DNA of 37,194 nucleotides from an uncultured Muribaculaceae bacterium (GCA_964644815.1 CAZXXI010000001.1:1-37194); one strand, 5' to 3'; positions 25,065 through 34,874 are shown, counted from the first letter of the stretch. The notes: generated by a model from the letters alone, not told the origin. Program-made: numbers and translations.

Positions 25065-25781
25065 ATGGGAAGAGCATTTGAAGTTAGAAAGGCGAGCATT
25101 CAGAAAAATGGAGCAGCTCGCGGAAAGATATATACGACATTCGCTAAAGAGATTTATTTGGCGTGTAAAAGAGGTGTGCCCGAAATAGAGAGCAATGTCG
25201 AGCTCAAAAGAGTGGTAGCCAAAGCCAAAAAGCAACAGGTTCCTAATGACCTCATCGATAGAGCCATCGCTAAAGCTAAAGGTGCCGGTCAGGAAGATTA
25301 TAAAGAAGTAATTTATGAGGGCTTCGGACCAGGTGCTAGCACGCTCATAATAAAGACGCTTACCGACAACGTCAACAGAACGGTAGGTGAAGTGCGCGCC
25401 GCCTTCAACAAAGTCCATAAAAGTTTAGGAGTCTCCAACAGCGTATCCTATAACTACGACCACTTAGCTATAATCGGCATCAAAAGCGATAAAGAGACCG
25501 AGCTATTCGAAGCTCTTTTAGATGCCGGTATCGAAATAAGAGATTTAGAAAACGAAGACGGCATCCTCGTCGTCAGTGCTGAAGCTAAAGATTCTTCGCG
25601 CGTCAAGGATGTCATCGAAGAACTCTTTCCAGGCGTAGAGCTCGAAATAGATGAAATAGGGATGTACCCTAAAGAGAAGATTACTCTAGAGGGCGAAGAT
25701 TTAGAAGTGTTCAACAAATTGTATAAGATGCTAGACGATATCGAAGACGTATCTGAAATATATACGAACGTCGAGATGTAG
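25065..25781 (+). CDS. yebC: YebC/PmpR-family transcriptional regulator (YeeN-like)
   Basis: MGRAFEVRKASIQKNGAARGKIYTTFAKEI... is the family's hallmark N-terminus. About 238 aa. ATG 25065 follows SD AAGGAAGTGA. Confidence 0.92.
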   Translation: MGRAFEVRKASIQKNGAARGKIYTTFAKEIYLACKRGVPEIESNVELKRVVAKAKKQQVPNDLIDRAIAKAKGAGQEDYKEVIYEGFGPGASTLIIKTLTDNVNRTVGEVRAAFNKVHKSLGVSNSVSYNYDHLAIIGIKSDKETELFEALLDAGIEIRDLENEDGILVVSAEAKDSSRVKDVIEELFPGVELEIDEIGMYPKEKITLEGEDLEVFNKLYKMLDDIEDVSEIYTNVEM

Positions 25782-25783
25782 AC

Positions 25784-26659
25784 ATGGTTTTAGATAAGCT
25801 AAGAGATAGAGAGATTTCATTAGTCGCCTCTTTCTTATGCGATAGTCTCGAACTCGACTCATCCTATACAGCGGTTTTTGACCGTTTTCTCACTTCTAAA
25901 AATACATCCACACTAAACGATAAAGAAAAATCCGTTTTGATAACTAAGTTTTCTAGCCTCTATAGGCAAGAGATAATATCATTAATAAAACTTTTGGTCG
26001 ACACAGAAATCGAGTACCTCGACCTTTCCGGAATAATCGAAAATATAAAGAATGTCCTATCCATCCCGGTCGATTATTCTATCGAACAGCTCGAGATAGA
26101 AGAGTTTTTTTCCAAAACGAAGCTTTGCCCTCGTCATGATGACATCGCCATGTCTCTATTTGGGCCGCATTTCGAAGTGCACGCCCTAGCAAAGGATACG
26201 CGCGTAAATCACCACGCCTTAATTCTCATCGAGATTCTAAAAAGATTATACGGTTTCGATATGGACCTCCATGCAGTTAAACTTTCGAAGCCACTCGACG
26301 ACCTCGCCGAAGAAGAGAGGAAAAGATTTATAGAGGTTCGATACGTGATGGACCCACCCGAAAAAAGTGCATTCATTTTCATACCGCAAATGATTACTCT
26401 TTATCAGTACGAAGCATTACAAAATCTCGATGATAAGCTAAAAAGTCTAAACGTCGAGACTAACGTATACGTATCTGCCTATAATCCAAAAACAGACATT
26501 GGACAGTATTATGATACGGTTTATTACTCGAAGCACTTAATAGAAGCGCTTACCTTTTTAAAGACGAGTGATAGCATAACCGACTACGAACTGCCTAAAC
26601 AAATATTTGCTTTTTCTTTCGATGGAGAAAGAAAAGAAGCCACGCCCAAGAAAGGATAA
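25784..26659 (+). CDS. Uncharacterised protein, paralogue family member 1 (291 aa)
   Basis: Shares a C-terminal roughly 180-aa domain with 26671-27591 and 29340-29921 (motifs N.H....EILKRL, IEVRYV, I.P..IT..Q.E.L.NL). Starts 2 nt after the yebC stop codon. Confidence 0.6.
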   Translation: MVLDKLRDREISLVASFLCDSLELDSSYTAVFDRFLTSKNTSTLNDKEKSVLITKFSSLYRQEIISLIKLLVDTEIEYLDLSGIIENIKNVLSIPVDYSIEQLEIEEFFSKTKLCPRHDDIAMSLFGPHFEVHALAKDTRVNHHALILIEILKRLYGFDMDLHAVKLSKPLDDLAEEERKRFIEVRYVMDPPEKSAFIFIPQMITLYQYEALQNLDDKLKSLNVETNVYVSAYNPKTDIGQYYDTVYYSKHLIEALTFLKTSDSITDYELPKQIFAFSFDGERKEATPKKG

Positions 26660-26670
26660 AAATAACGATT

Positions 26671-27591
26671 ATGAACAAAATTACGACAGAAAAAGAATTG
26701 GACTACATATTGAGCGAAAGCCTCACCGATGTCCTCGCATTAGAATACGGATCGGATAAAATAGCAGAGATTTTAAGCGAAATCGACCCTCACTTCGAAG
26801 GAGTACGTTCTCACAATCTCTTTGCCATCGACCGCGCCATTGGTTTAGCAAAGCCAAATTTTCGAGAAGCTCTTAAGAAAAACGTCCAATCTTTTACTTA
26901 TAAAAATGTACTCGAAATATTGGACGAAATAGAAACGAATATGGGCGTTTTACCAGAAGAAGCTAGAGAACAGATAGCTAAAAAACTTTCTATTTTTGTG
27001 CGAACAGTCAAAAATATCCTGCAAATACCCGTTTCTAAAGAACTTAAAACTATCGACTATACCGAGTTTTTTGATCCTTTTCGGGCGCGCACGCTAGGCT
27101 CATCTGATGACATCGGCATATCGATTATCACCTCTCGCCAAAGGATAGATGCAACTCCCACCGACAGCCGCCTAAACTACCACCCCGACATAATTTTTGA
27201 AATTTTAAAGAGACTTTTAAACGACATTCCAGCCGAAGAATTGAAAGAAAAATTGGAGTATTTTGCTGCTCGCTATATCGAAGTTCGCTATGTCGTAAAT
27301 GCCTATGGAGTAGAGGCTATCATCGGCATACCGGCCACCATCACACCCTCTCAATTCGAGGAATTGAAAAATCTAAAAGCTCTTTTCGACGAGTACGACG
27401 TAGTAACTACCACCGGCATAAGAGAGTATGACCCATCGACCAATCGGGGAGATATCGGCTATATGTTATTCGAATCAGACGACCTCGCAGAGGTGATAGA
27501 CCATATCGTTACTAATCAAATGGTAAAGGACTGCGAATTGGACGAAGAGCCGACTATCGTTTTCGAAACATCCCAAAATATTAGCATGTAA
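26671..27591 (+). CDS. Uncharacterised protein, paralogue family member 2 (306 aa)
   Basis: Collinear similarity to 25784-26659 (NILQIPV/NVLSIPV; NYHPDIIFEILKRLLN/NHHALILIEILKRLYG; YIEVRYVV/FIEVRYVM; IPATITPSQFEELKNL/IPQMITLYQYEALQNL). Confidence 0.6.
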   Translation: MNKITTEKELDYILSESLTDVLALEYGSDKIAEILSEIDPHFEGVRSHNLFAIDRAIGLAKPNFREALKKNVQSFTYKNVLEILDEIETNMGVLPEEAREQIAKKLSIFVRTVKNILQIPVSKELKTIDYTEFFDPFRARTLGSSDDIGISIITSRQRIDATPTDSRLNYHPDIIFEILKRLLNDIPAEELKEKLEYFAARYIEVRYVVNAYGVEAIIGIPATITPSQFEELKNLKALFDEYDVVTTTGIREYDPSTNRGDIGYMLFESDDLAEVIDHIVTNQMVKDCELDEEPTIVFETSQNISM

Positions 27592-27618
27592 AGTGGTTTA
27601 CAATCGAACCACTTTTTT
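27590..27618 (+). terminator. Rho-independent terminator
   Basis: 8-bp stem AAGTGGTT/AACCACTT, 8-nt loop, T6. Confidence 0.7.
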
Positions 27619-27625
27619 CTAAGTC

Positions 27626-27654
27626 TTGATTTATGCTCTAAAATAAATTATAAT
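27626..27654 (+). promoter_or_regulatory. Sigma-A-type promoter TTGATT-17-TATAAT for rny
   Basis: -35 at 27626-27631, -10 at 27649-27654. Confidence 0.5.
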
Positions 27655-27707
27655 TGAATTGTAGATACGGATAGTTATCTATAAATACATAGAAAGTAGA
27701 GGAATAT

Positions 27708-29261
27708 ATGGACATCAATGTAACAACCATATTGTTTCTCGTTGTTGGATTAATAGTCGGCATCATCGTCACTTTCGTAATCGTAACTATAACGGGTTAT
27801 GGAGCAGGCAAAAAAGCTGAAAAGATTTTAGTGGACGCTAAAAAAGAAGCCGACAAGCACAAAAGAGATACTCTTCTCGAATTGAAAGAAGAATCTCATA
27901 AATTAAAGTTAGAAACGGATAGAGAAATCAAAGAGAGAAAAAGTGAACTCTTATCTAACGAATCGCGACTTTTAGAGAGAGAAAAATCGTTAGATAAAAG
28001 AGAAGAACTTCTTCAAAATAGAGACAACGTTTTAGAAGAGCGCAATAACAATTTAACTTTAATGCAGAGCAAAATCCAAGAAAAAGAAGCAAAAATGGAT
28101 GAGCTATTAAAAAGTGAAATGGAAAAATTAGAGAGCATTTCCAAATTTTCTAAGGAAAAGGCGCGAGACCTCATCTTAGAGAGAGTCGAAGCTGCTATGA
28201 CCAAAGAAATCTCTTCTATTATCAAAGAAAGAGAACAAGAAGCCAAATTAGAAGCTGATAAAAAAGCTAAGAGTATATTGGTAGAATCGATGCAAAAGTA
28301 CTCAAACGACGTCGCAACAGAACAGACCGTATCGACTATCACCCTTCCATCTGACGATATGAAAGGGCGCCTGATTGGTCGCGAGGGCCGCAATATAAGG
28401 ACTATCGAAGCGGTGACGGGAGTCGATTTGATAATCGACGATACACCGGAGATAATCGTCATTTCGTCATTCGACCCTTATCGAAGAGAAATCGCTAGAA
28501 TTACTATCGAAACGCTCATCAAAGATGGTCGCATCCATCCAGCTCGCATCGAAGAAGTTTACGACAAAGTATGTAAAGATATGCGCGCTAAAGTGATGGA
28601 GTATGGTAACGAAACTATTCAAGAGTTGGGTCTTACGAAGTTCGACCCCGAACTCGTCACTCTCATCGGAAAACTGCACTTCAGAACCAGTTATGGTCAA
28701 AATGCTTTGCAACACTCTATCGAGGTTGCCCGTTTGACAGGGCTCATGGCGAGTGAACTAGGCGAAAACGTCCTTCTTGCCAAAAGAGCTGGACTATTGC
28801 ACGATATCGGTAAATCCATCGACTTCGAAATAGAGGGTAGTCACGTCGAAATCGGAGCCAACATAGCTAAGAAATTTCACGAAAACGAAACTGTCTTAAA
28901 CGCTATCATGTCTCACCACGGCGATGCCGAACCGACGAGTACTATATCTTGGCTAGTTCAAATAGCGGACACTTTAAGTGCAGCAAGACCGGGAGCTCGC
29001 AACGACTCATTCGAAAACTACATTCAAAGACTCGAAACGCTAGAATCTTTTGGCAAAGAAATCGAAGGAGTAGATAAAGCTTTCGCTCTACAGGCCGGCC
29101 GCGAACTGCGCGTCATGGTTAAACCGGACGAAGTCGACGACTTGAAGAGTTATAAGATTGCTCGCGACTTAAAAGAAAAAATCGAAAGCGAGATGCAATA
29201 TCCGGGTACCATCAAGATTACAGTCATCAGAGAAACCCGTGCCCAAGAAGAGGCTAAATAA
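27708..29261 (+). CDS. rny: Ribonuclease Y
   Basis: N-terminal TM helix, long coiled coil, KH domain (GRLIGREGRNIR), HD domain (LLHDIGK). Confidence 0.96.
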   Translation: MDINVTTILFLVVGLIVGIIVTFVIVTITGYGAGKKAEKILVDAKKEADKHKRDTLLELKEESHKLKLETDREIKERKSELLSNESRLLEREKSLDKREELLQNRDNVLEERNNNLTLMQSKIQEKEAKMDELLKSEMEKLESISKFSKEKARDLILERVEAAMTKEISSIIKEREQEAKLEADKKAKSILVESMQKYSNDVATEQTVSTITLPSDDMKGRLIGREGRNIRTIEAVTGVDLIIDDTPEIIVISSFDPYRREIARITIETLIKDGRIHPARIEEVYDKVCKDMRAKVMEYGNETIQELGLTKFDPELVTLIGKLHFRTSYGQNALQHSIEVARLTGLMASELGENVLLAKRAGLLHDIGKSIDFEIEGSHVEIGANIAKKFHENETVLNAIMSHHGDAEPTSTISWLVQIADTLSAARPGARNDSFENYIQRLETLESFGKEIEGVDKAFALQAGRELRVMVKPDEVDDLKSYKIARDLKEKIESEMQYPGTIKITVIRETRAQEEAK

Positions 29262-29283
29262 AACGACGATTAGTCGTTTTTCT
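29261..29283 (+). terminator. Rho-independent terminator after rny
   Basis: AAACGAC/GTCGTTT stem, 5-nt loop, short T run. Confidence 0.55.
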
Positions 29284-29339
29284 ATTGCTATAGAAAGACA
29301 ATTGTTATAAAATAAACTTCGAGAAGAGGGCCAACAAAC

Positions 29340-29921
29340 ATGAAAAGAGAAATACGATACATCGACTTCAGCGACATCTTAAATCGCAACATACCGGATA
29401 AATATGGCCACGATGGTCGCCTTATCGCCGCTACAGTTATAACTCCTAAACAGGTATTAAACATAATTCCCGATAAACTCAAAACTAAATATCATTGCGA
29501 GATGTTAAAACGAGTTTTTAACGAAGTATACCCACACAGCCCTTATGAATTCAAAGATTTTTATATCCTTGCGATAGATTATGTCATATCTTCTATCGAC
29601 GAATTCGAAGAGGACACCGCTTACATCTGTTCGCCAGCTTACATCACGTTTGAACAAGCGACTTACTTAAAAGACGTCGTCGATGCCATTAAACAAGCCG
29701 GCTTCGCTGTCGGATTGATTATATGTGATACTTATCCCGGTTTAGACTCGAAACCGAAAAAATTAAAAGCTATCTTCTACGACCCCAGCGAACTCTCCAT
29801 AGTCGATAACTTGGGTGAACACATAATAGAAATCTTTGCAAATAACAACCGCATCGTCGACTCTATAGACATCTTTAAAGAGGAGTCCATCATCTCTACT
29901 GACAAGATACAAAAAATGTGA
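29340..29921 (+). CDS. Uncharacterised protein, paralogue family member 3 (193 aa, domain-only version)
   Basis: KYHCEMLKRVFNEV and YICSPAYITFEQATYLKDVVDAI align with the N.H..ILKRL and I.P..IT..Q...L motifs of 25784-27591. Confidence 0.55.
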   Translation: MKREIRYIDFSDILNRNIPDKYGHDGRLIAATVITPKQVLNIIPDKLKTKYHCEMLKRVFNEVYPHSPYEFKDFYILAIDYVISSIDEFEEDTAYICSPAYITFEQATYLKDVVDAIKQAGFAVGLIICDTYPGLDSKPKKLKAIFYDPSELSIVDNLGEHIIEIFANNNRIVDSIDIFKEESIISTDKIQKM

Positions 29922-29930
29922 CCATTTTTG

Positions 29931-29950
29931 CTCTCTCCGGAGAGTTTTAT
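29931..29950 (+). terminator. Possible weak terminator
   Basis: CTCTCCGGAGAG palindrome followed by TTTTATT. Short stem. Confidence 0.3.
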
Positions 29951-30002
29951 TATTGTCTTTTTTAGTCTAATAATATAAAATGGATATAGGTGGTGAAGAA
30001 AT

Positions 30003-31292
30003 ATGGAACCAAAAACGATTTTACCTGCAGACACTTATACCGTCATCAATAGATCCATTCTCACCGAATACGAAAGGAAGACCATTATCAGCCTTTACGA
30101 ACCGATAATAGGAGTAGAGGCAGTTAGTCTATATTTTACTCTCTGGCAAGATTTAGAGACAGCGTCACAAGACACAAAATATAACCATCACCATCTGATG
30201 GCCACGTTAAAGCTAGGTCTTGCGCCCGTTACTAACGCGAGACGCTCTTTAGAATCCGTAGGCCTATTGAGAACTTACTATAAAGAGGGCGAGGTAAACG
30301 ATTACTATTACGAAATATATAGTCCCCTTACTCCCTACGAATTTTTTAATCATCCCATCTTCAGCGTCATCCTCTACAATAACATTGGCAGTATCGAATA
30401 CGAAAGCCTGATGAAATACTATAAAAAACCGGCCTCCATTCCTAAAGATTACGAGGAGCTCACGACGACTATCGATACCAATTTCAAAGCGATAAGTGCT
30501 ATCAGTCTTCCGAATGCTGAAGATACCGTCGACCAAGAGAGCATAGGTGCAAATATGAGCGACGAAATCATCGACTTTGCTCTTCTCATCAGCTCTTTAC
30601 CTAAAGATTTGATAAGTGAAAAAGCCTTCAACAAACGAACTCGTAAATTGATAAATTCGCTCGCTTTCATCTATAACTTGGACACTCTCAAGATGTGTGA
30701 ACTCCTACGCATGGTCATCAACGAAAACGGCGTCATCGACAAGGAGACACTCCAATTGAACGCTCGCAAATATTATCAGTATAACAACTCCGGTTCTCTT
30801 CCGACACTCATTTATCGTACTCAGCCCGAACATCTCAAGGCACCTACTGGCGACATGTCCAACCGTGGCAAGATGCTCTATATCTTCGAAAATACGACTC
30901 CTTACGATTTTCTGCGCAGTAAATCTCACGGTACGGAACCGACGGCTCGCGACCTAAAACTTCTAGAACATCTCGCCGTCGACTTGGATTTTAAACCGAG
31001 CGTCATCAACGTCTTAATCGATTACGTTTTGAAGAGCAACAACAATAAACTCACCCAAGCTTATGTCGATACCATCGCCGGTCAGTGGAAGAGACTCGAC
31101 ATCCAGACGGCCGACGAAGCTATGCGCACAGCAGAGAAAGAACATAAAAAGAATAAAAAGGTCTTCACCAAAGAAAAGAAAAAAGTCGTCGAAGTCGAGA
31201 CTCCTATTTGGTTTAACGAAAAACAAGAGGTAAAACCGATTAGTGATGCCGACAAACAGGAACTCGAAAACATGTTAAAGGAGTTTAAATAG
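30003..31292 (+). CDS. dnaB: Replication initiation and membrane attachment protein DnaB (Bacillus-type, not the helicase)
   Basis: About 430 aa with an N-terminus typical of the family (YTVINRSILTEYERKTIISLYEPIIG..A.SLYFTLW) and a DnaD-like domain (INVLIDYVL...). Immediately upstream of dnaI, as in B. subtilis. Confidence 0.8.
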   Translation: MEPKTILPADTYTVINRSILTEYERKTIISLYEPIIGVEAVSLYFTLWQDLETASQDTKYNHHHLMATLKLGLAPVTNARRSLESVGLLRTYYKEGEVNDYYYEIYSPLTPYEFFNHPIFSVILYNNIGSIEYESLMKYYKKPASIPKDYEELTTTIDTNFKAISAISLPNAEDTVDQESIGANMSDEIIDFALLISSLPKDLISEKAFNKRTRKLINSLAFIYNLDTLKMCELLRMVINENGVIDKETLQLNARKYYQYNNSGSLPTLIYRTQPEHLKAPTGDMSNRGKMLYIFENTTPYDFLRSKSHGTEPTARDLKLLEHLAVDLDFKPSVINVLIDYVLKSNNNKLTQAYVDTIAGQWKRLDIQTADEAMRTAEKEHKKNKKVFTKEKKKVVEVETPIWFNEKQEVKPISDADKQELENMLKEFK

Positions 31293-31294
31293 TT

Positions 31295-32188
31295 ATGGAT
31301 AGTAAATATTTTAAAGCGTGCGATTATGATTCATTAAAAGAAAACTATGAAAGAGCTCTTCAAAATCCTAATTTCCGCTACGTAGCAGAATCGACTGGAC
31401 TAAGTGGCGACAAATTGATGAAACATACGAGCAAGCTCGAGACTTCTCAAGAGGAGCTTACGAATTGCAAAAACTGTCCTGGACTCAAATTTTGTAAAAA
31501 TAGAGTAAAGGGCTTCGTCTATTATCCGAGCGTACAAGAGGGGAAACTCTCATTCAACTATGTCGCCTGTAAATATAAAAAAGAACTTATCGCGCTCGAA
31601 AACGGAACCTGCGACTTTTTTGAAATGCCAGAAAAGCTCAAAAGGGCAAGCATGAAAGATATCTTCATGGACGACGAGCTGCGCGTTCCCATCATCAGAT
31701 GGCTCAAAAACTTTTACGACACATATACCGATAATCCTCACCAAAAGGGCTTATATCTCCACGGTTCTTTCGGCTCTGGTAAGACATACCTGATATGTGC
31801 CATGCTAAATGAGCTTTCTAAAAAGCACGTCGACGTCTTAGTCGCTTATTACCCCCAGTTGCTCTTAAGTCTAAAGTCGTCCTTCGACACCGACTTCGCT
31901 ACGCGCATCGAAAAGATTAAGAAGGCCAGCATTCTCTTTTTGGATGACATCGGTGCAGAGTCGGTCACTGCCTGGTCGCGCGATGAAATCCTCGGCACTA
32001 TTTTACAATATCGCATGGATGCAGCTCTCCCGACATTCTTCACTTCGAATTTGACCATAGACGACCTAGAAGCCAATCTGAGTGTAACTAAAAACTCAGT
32101 CGACAAAGTAAAAGCGCGCAGAATTATCGAGCGCATCAAATTCTTGACGACGAGCATGGAATTAGTCGCCAAAGATAGGCGTAACTAG
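31295..32188 (+). CDS. dnaI: Primosomal helicase loader DnaI
   Basis: N-terminal Cys-rich Zn module (CKNCPGLKFCKN), Walker A GSFGSGKTYL, Walker B LFLDDIGAE. Confidence 0.9.
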   Translation: MDSKYFKACDYDSLKENYERALQNPNFRYVAESTGLSGDKLMKHTSKLETSQEELTNCKNCPGLKFCKNRVKGFVYYPSVQEGKLSFNYVACKYKKELIALENGTCDFFEMPEKLKRASMKDIFMDDELRVPIIRWLKNFYDTYTDNPHQKGLYLHGSFGSGKTYLICAMLNELSKKHVDVLVAYYPQLLLSLKSSFDTDFATRIEKIKKASILFLDDIGAESVTAWSRDEILGTILQYRMDAALPTFFTSNLTIDDLEANLSVTKNSVDKVKARRIIERIKFLTTSMELVAKDRRN

Positions 32189-32201
32189 AGGTTTAATCTA
32201 A

Positions 32202-32230
32202 TTTACATTTCGTCGAATATTTGCTATAAT
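32202..32230 (+). promoter_or_regulatory. Sigma-A-type promoter TTTACA-17-(TG)cTATAAT for miaB
   Basis: -35 at 32202-32207. Extended -10 with TG at 32222-32223 and TATAAT at 32225-32230. Confidence 0.5.
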
Positions 32231-32255
32231 CTCATTAGTTAGGGGTGTTATACTC

Positions 32256-33659
32256 ATGAATTTACCAAATTTAAAGGATGCTCAAAAGAGGAGCACCCAA
32301 AGAGTAGAGTACATCGATGCCGACATCATAAGAGACACTTCTCTATTCAAAGGGAAGACGTATTTTTTAAAGACATATGGTTGCCAGATGAACGTCCACG
32401 ATTCCGAACTCATCAAAAATTTAGTCGAAGGAATCGGATTCAATGAAGTAGATAAAATGGAAATCGCCGACTTGGTCATCTTAAATACGTGTGCTATTCG
32501 CGAAAATGCCCACGACAAAGTATTTGGCTTTTTGGGTCGGTGTAAACACGCGAAAGAGTTGAATCCTGCTAAGATAATTTGTATATGCGGCTGCATGGCC
32601 CAAGAACCCAGCGTCTGCGAAGAGATTCTCACTCACCATAAATATGTCGACTTGGTCTTCGGTACGCACAATATGCACGAACTTCCCAATCTTCTTTTGA
32701 ATAAAATGGCGAGGACGAACATCGAAGTCGAGTCAATCGAGGGCAACGTCTATGAAAACTTGCACTATACGCGCGACTCTAAAATAGAAGCTTGGGTCAA
32801 TATAATGTATGGCTGCGACAAGTTTTGTACATATTGTATCGTACCTTATACGCGCGGTAAACAGAGAAGCCGAAAGTCGGATAAAATCTTGAAAGAAATC
32901 GGAGAACTCATCGAGGAGGGCTATAAAGAGGTTACGCTTCTCGGTCAAAACGTCAATGCTTATGGCAAAGACTTGGAAGGTGAAATTAGCTTTGCCGAAC
33001 TCTTGAGAAAAGTGAGCGACACTGGTATCCCGCGCATCAGATTCGTGACGAGCCACCCTTGGGACTTCACTGATGAACTGATAGATGTGCTAGCCGAACG
33101 CGACAACGTCATGCCTTATGTACACCTACCTTTACAGAGTGGCTCTTCGCGCATACTCAAACTCATGGGTAGGCGCTATACCAAAGAAGAGTATTTGGAC
33201 TTATACTCCAAAATAAAAGCAAGAGTACCAAACGTAGCTATCACGACCGATATCATCGTCGGCTTTCCAGGTGAGACAGAAGAAGATTTCCAAGAGACTC
33301 TCGCTGTTGTAAATGAATGTCAATATGACAACGCATTTACATTTATCTTCTCGAAGAGAGTGGGTACCCCAGCGGAGAGATTAGAGGATACTACTGAAAT
33401 AAAAGAAAAAGAAGAACGCTTGCGAAGACTTAACGAACTCGTCAACGACTATAGCAACCGTGCCAATCAAAAATATGTCGGCAAGACGGTCAAAGTACTT
33501 GTAACGGGCACAAGCGAAAAAGGAGAAAACAAAGTATGCGGTTATACGGAGACGATGAAACTCGTCAATATAGATGGTGATACTTCCCTGATAGGCAATA
33601 TCGTCGACGTCGAAATAACCGAAGCAAAAAGTTTTAGTTTGAATGGGGTGGCAAGATGA
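32256..33659 (+). CDS. miaB: tRNA-2-methylthio-N6-dimethylallyladenosine synthase MiaB
   Basis: TYGCQMNVHDSE N-domain, radical-SAM CDKFCTYCIVPYTRG, C-terminal TRAM domain. Confidence 0.92.
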   Translation: MNLPNLKDAQKRSTQRVEYIDADIIRDTSLFKGKTYFLKTYGCQMNVHDSELIKNLVEGIGFNEVDKMEIADLVILNTCAIRENAHDKVFGFLGRCKHAKELNPAKIICICGCMAQEPSVCEEILTHHKYVDLVFGTHNMHELPNLLLNKMARTNIEVESIEGNVYENLHYTRDSKIEAWVNIMYGCDKFCTYCIVPYTRGKQRSRKSDKILKEIGELIEEGYKEVTLLGQNVNAYGKDLEGEISFAELLRKVSDTGIPRIRFVTSHPWDFTDELIDVLAERDNVMPYVHLPLQSGSSRILKLMGRRYTKEEYLDLYSKIKARVPNVAITTDIIVGFPGETEEDFQETLAVVNECQYDNAFTFIFSKRVGTPAERLEDTTEIKEKEERLRRLNELVNDYSNRANQKYVGKTVKVLVTGTSEKGENKVCGYTETMKLVNIDGDTSLIGNIVDVEITEAKSFSLNGVAR

Positions 33660-34138
33660 ATTATGATAAACTGATTAAACTAGCGACGTTTATACCGTGG
33701 ATAATCTATTTCGTGGAGATAATGCTCTATAGAATAGGTGTCATCGAAAAACACGATTTAAACAAAGAAAAGTATTTCAAAAATATGAACAAAAATTTCT
33801 TTTCATCGATAAACATGAAAGAGGTTTTCCTGTTCATAGTATTCATACTATTTTTACAACACGAAAACGAAACCGTGCTGAAGATTCTATTCCCAGCCAT
33901 ATATTTATATTTGACGATAGATTTCTTCCAATCGCTCGCTGCGGACTGTAAAAAGATTAAAAACAAACTTCTGATGATCGAAAGCGTTCTCGTCTTAGTA
34001 GGAATCATCCTTTTCTTCATCATAACGAATCATCTATTTACGACTTATATCGTCATGTTCTCTATATCCATCATGAGTTCGTTCATCATATATATTTTCA
34101 GTTGGACGTGTAATATCTTTAAAACGAAGAAAAAGTGA
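33656..34138 (+). CDS. Hypothetical polytopic membrane protein (160 aa)
   Basis: ATGA overlap with the miaB stop codon. Four or five hydrophobic segments. AT-rich. Confidence 0.5.
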   Translation: MNYDKLIKLATFIPWIIYFVEIMLYRIGVIEKHDLNKEKYFKNMNKNFFSSINMKEVFLFIVFILFLQHENETVLKILFPAIYLYLTIDFFQSLAADCKKIKNKLLMIESVLVLVGIILFFIITNHLFTTYIVMFSISIMSSFIIYIFSWTCNIFKTKKK

Positions 34139-34151
34139 TTAAAAACTTATC

Positions 34152-34196
34152 AAATCTTCCATAATATTGATGGTGATAATTATGGAAGATTTTTTT
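34152..34196 (+). terminator. Strong rho-independent terminator
   Basis: Perfect 14-bp stem AAATCTTCCATAAT (34152-34165) / ATTATGGAAGATTT (34179-34192), 13-nt loop, T-run to 34196. It overlaps the ORF-track 5' extension of the next gene. Confidence 0.75.
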
Positions 34197-34832
34197 ATGG
34201 TATTATTTAGAACTACGTTTTTTTACTTCTTCGTCATGGCGATGTATCGCATCATGGGTAAACGCGAAATCGCTCAGCTTGGTGTCGTCGACCTCATCGT
34301 ATCGATTCTGATTGCCGAACTCGTCGCTATTAGCATCGAAAACCTAGAGGATTCTATTTTCATGACAATCATTCCCATCGCTCTTTTGGTAGCCTTAGAG
34401 ATTGTTCTAGCGAGACTAGCTTTAAAATCCAAAAAAATCAGGACGATTTTTGGTGGTAAACCGTCAGTCATCATCGAAAAGGGCAAAGTGAACTTCAAAG
34501 AAATGGTCCGCCAGCGCTATACGATGGACGATTTACTATTCGAACTGCGCCAAAAGAGCATCAAAAGCTTAGAATCCATCGAATATGCTTTACTGGAACC
34601 TAACGGCAAACTTTCGATTTTCGAAAAAAAACTCTTCGACAAAAACGTACCACTTCCACTCATCGTCGATGGTCAAATTCAATATAGCACTCTCAAACTA
34701 TTAGGAAAATCGAAACTTTGGCTCAAAACTCAACTATATAATAAAAACCTCTTGCCGAGCGACGTCTTCTACTGTTTTTATAAGGGCTGCAATCTCTACA
34801 TCGTAAAAAATCAAGATTTAATCTCTAAATGA
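34197..34832 (+). CDS. DUF421 (YetF-like) membrane protein
   Basis: MYRIMGKREIAQLGVVDLIVSILIAELVA is the DUF421 signature. ATG 34197 was chosen because it follows the terminator hairpin. Confidence 0.8.
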   Translation: MVLFRTTFFYFFVMAMYRIMGKREIAQLGVVDLIVSILIAELVAISIENLEDSIFMTIIPIALLVALEIVLARLALKSKKIRTIFGGKPSVIIEKGKVNFKEMVRQRYTMDDLLFELRQKSIKSLESIEYALLEPNGKLSIFEKKLFDKNVPLPLIVDGQIQYSTLKLLGKSKLWLKTQLYNKNLLPSDVFYCFYKGCNLYIVKNQDLISK

Positions 34833-34833
34833 T

Positions 34834-34874
34834 GAGAAAAATCAAATCTATCCGGTATAATAATAAGTAGAGGG
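34834..34874 (+). promoter_or_regulatory. Copy 3 of the 41-nt conserved promoter-like element
   Basis: GAGAAAAATCAAATCTATCCGGTATAATAATAAGTAGAGGG. TATAAT at 34856-34861. Starts 2 nt after the DUF421 gene's stop codon. Confidence 0.6.

Noticed and set aside
33656-34138. AT-rich membrane-protein gene as a horizontally acquired island
   Set aside because: The AT-richness is explained by hydrophobic (Ile/Phe/Leu/Lys) composition. The gene is translationally coupled to miaB, and there are no mobility genes or flanking repeats.
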